Source: a virus
Lineage: Duplodnaviria > Heunggongvirae > Uroviricota > Caudoviricetes
Virus record (IMG/VR): IMGVR_UViG_3300033062_002687
Direction: 5' to 3' (one strand)
Length of the DNA stretch: 64,000 nt
Below the pieces are notes generated by a model. The model saw nothing but the letters and a program-made list of their open reading frames with translations, was not told the origin of the DNA and ran no database searches. Made by a program: the position numbers and the translations under genes. Shown piece by piece: positions 63,985 to 64,000 of this stretch (its first letter is position 1; the number at the start of each line of letters is the position of its first letter).

Positions 63985-64000
63985 GTACGAGCATACTGGG

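Noticed and set aside
1-64000. Alternative genetic code / stop-codon reassignment (as in some megaphages)
   Set aside because: Long motif-bearing ORFs (ligase, Ro60, flotillin, 640-aa protein) are uninterrupted under the standard code, and intergenic gaps are short.

Overview
This window is AT-rich, gene-dense DNA with bacterial-type Shine-Dalgarno sites (GGAGGTG) upstream of most starts and the standard genetic code. It looks like the accessory or early region of a large virulent-type bacteriophage or similar mobile element: there are very many small zinc-ribbon and membrane proteins and no recognisable capsid, terminase or portal genes. A short rightward block (193-2219, + strand) is followed by one long leftward block (2541-63984, - strand). 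I recognised these functions from motifs: HIRAN domain protein; SMR-family transporter; two HNH endonucleases; LemA; TPM-domain protein; SPFH/flotillin; two SLOG-type Rossmann proteins; Rnl2-like RNA ligase next to a minimal ATP-dependent DNA ligase; Ku homologue; a compact JAMM / ubiquitin-like (GGQ end) / E1-like triad; three tandem paralogues; a Ro60 (TROVE+vWA) protein; a tandem tRNA array with non-canonical members; and a tRNA-Gly just downstream of an HNH gene. The noncoding or tiny-gene areas are the most unusual. A 1.2 kb noncoding island lies downstream of Ro60 and contains an intrinsic terminator, several hairpins, CA-rich iterons and AT-rich direct and inverted repeats (candidate Y-RNA locus and/or origin). 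A cluster of about 20 micro-ORFs (25-60 aa, many CxxC) shares a near-identical leader and includes recent duplicates. A 44-nt exact repeat spans the 3' ends of two unrelated genes 18 kb apart. All calls are from reading the sequence by eye; no database searches were possible.
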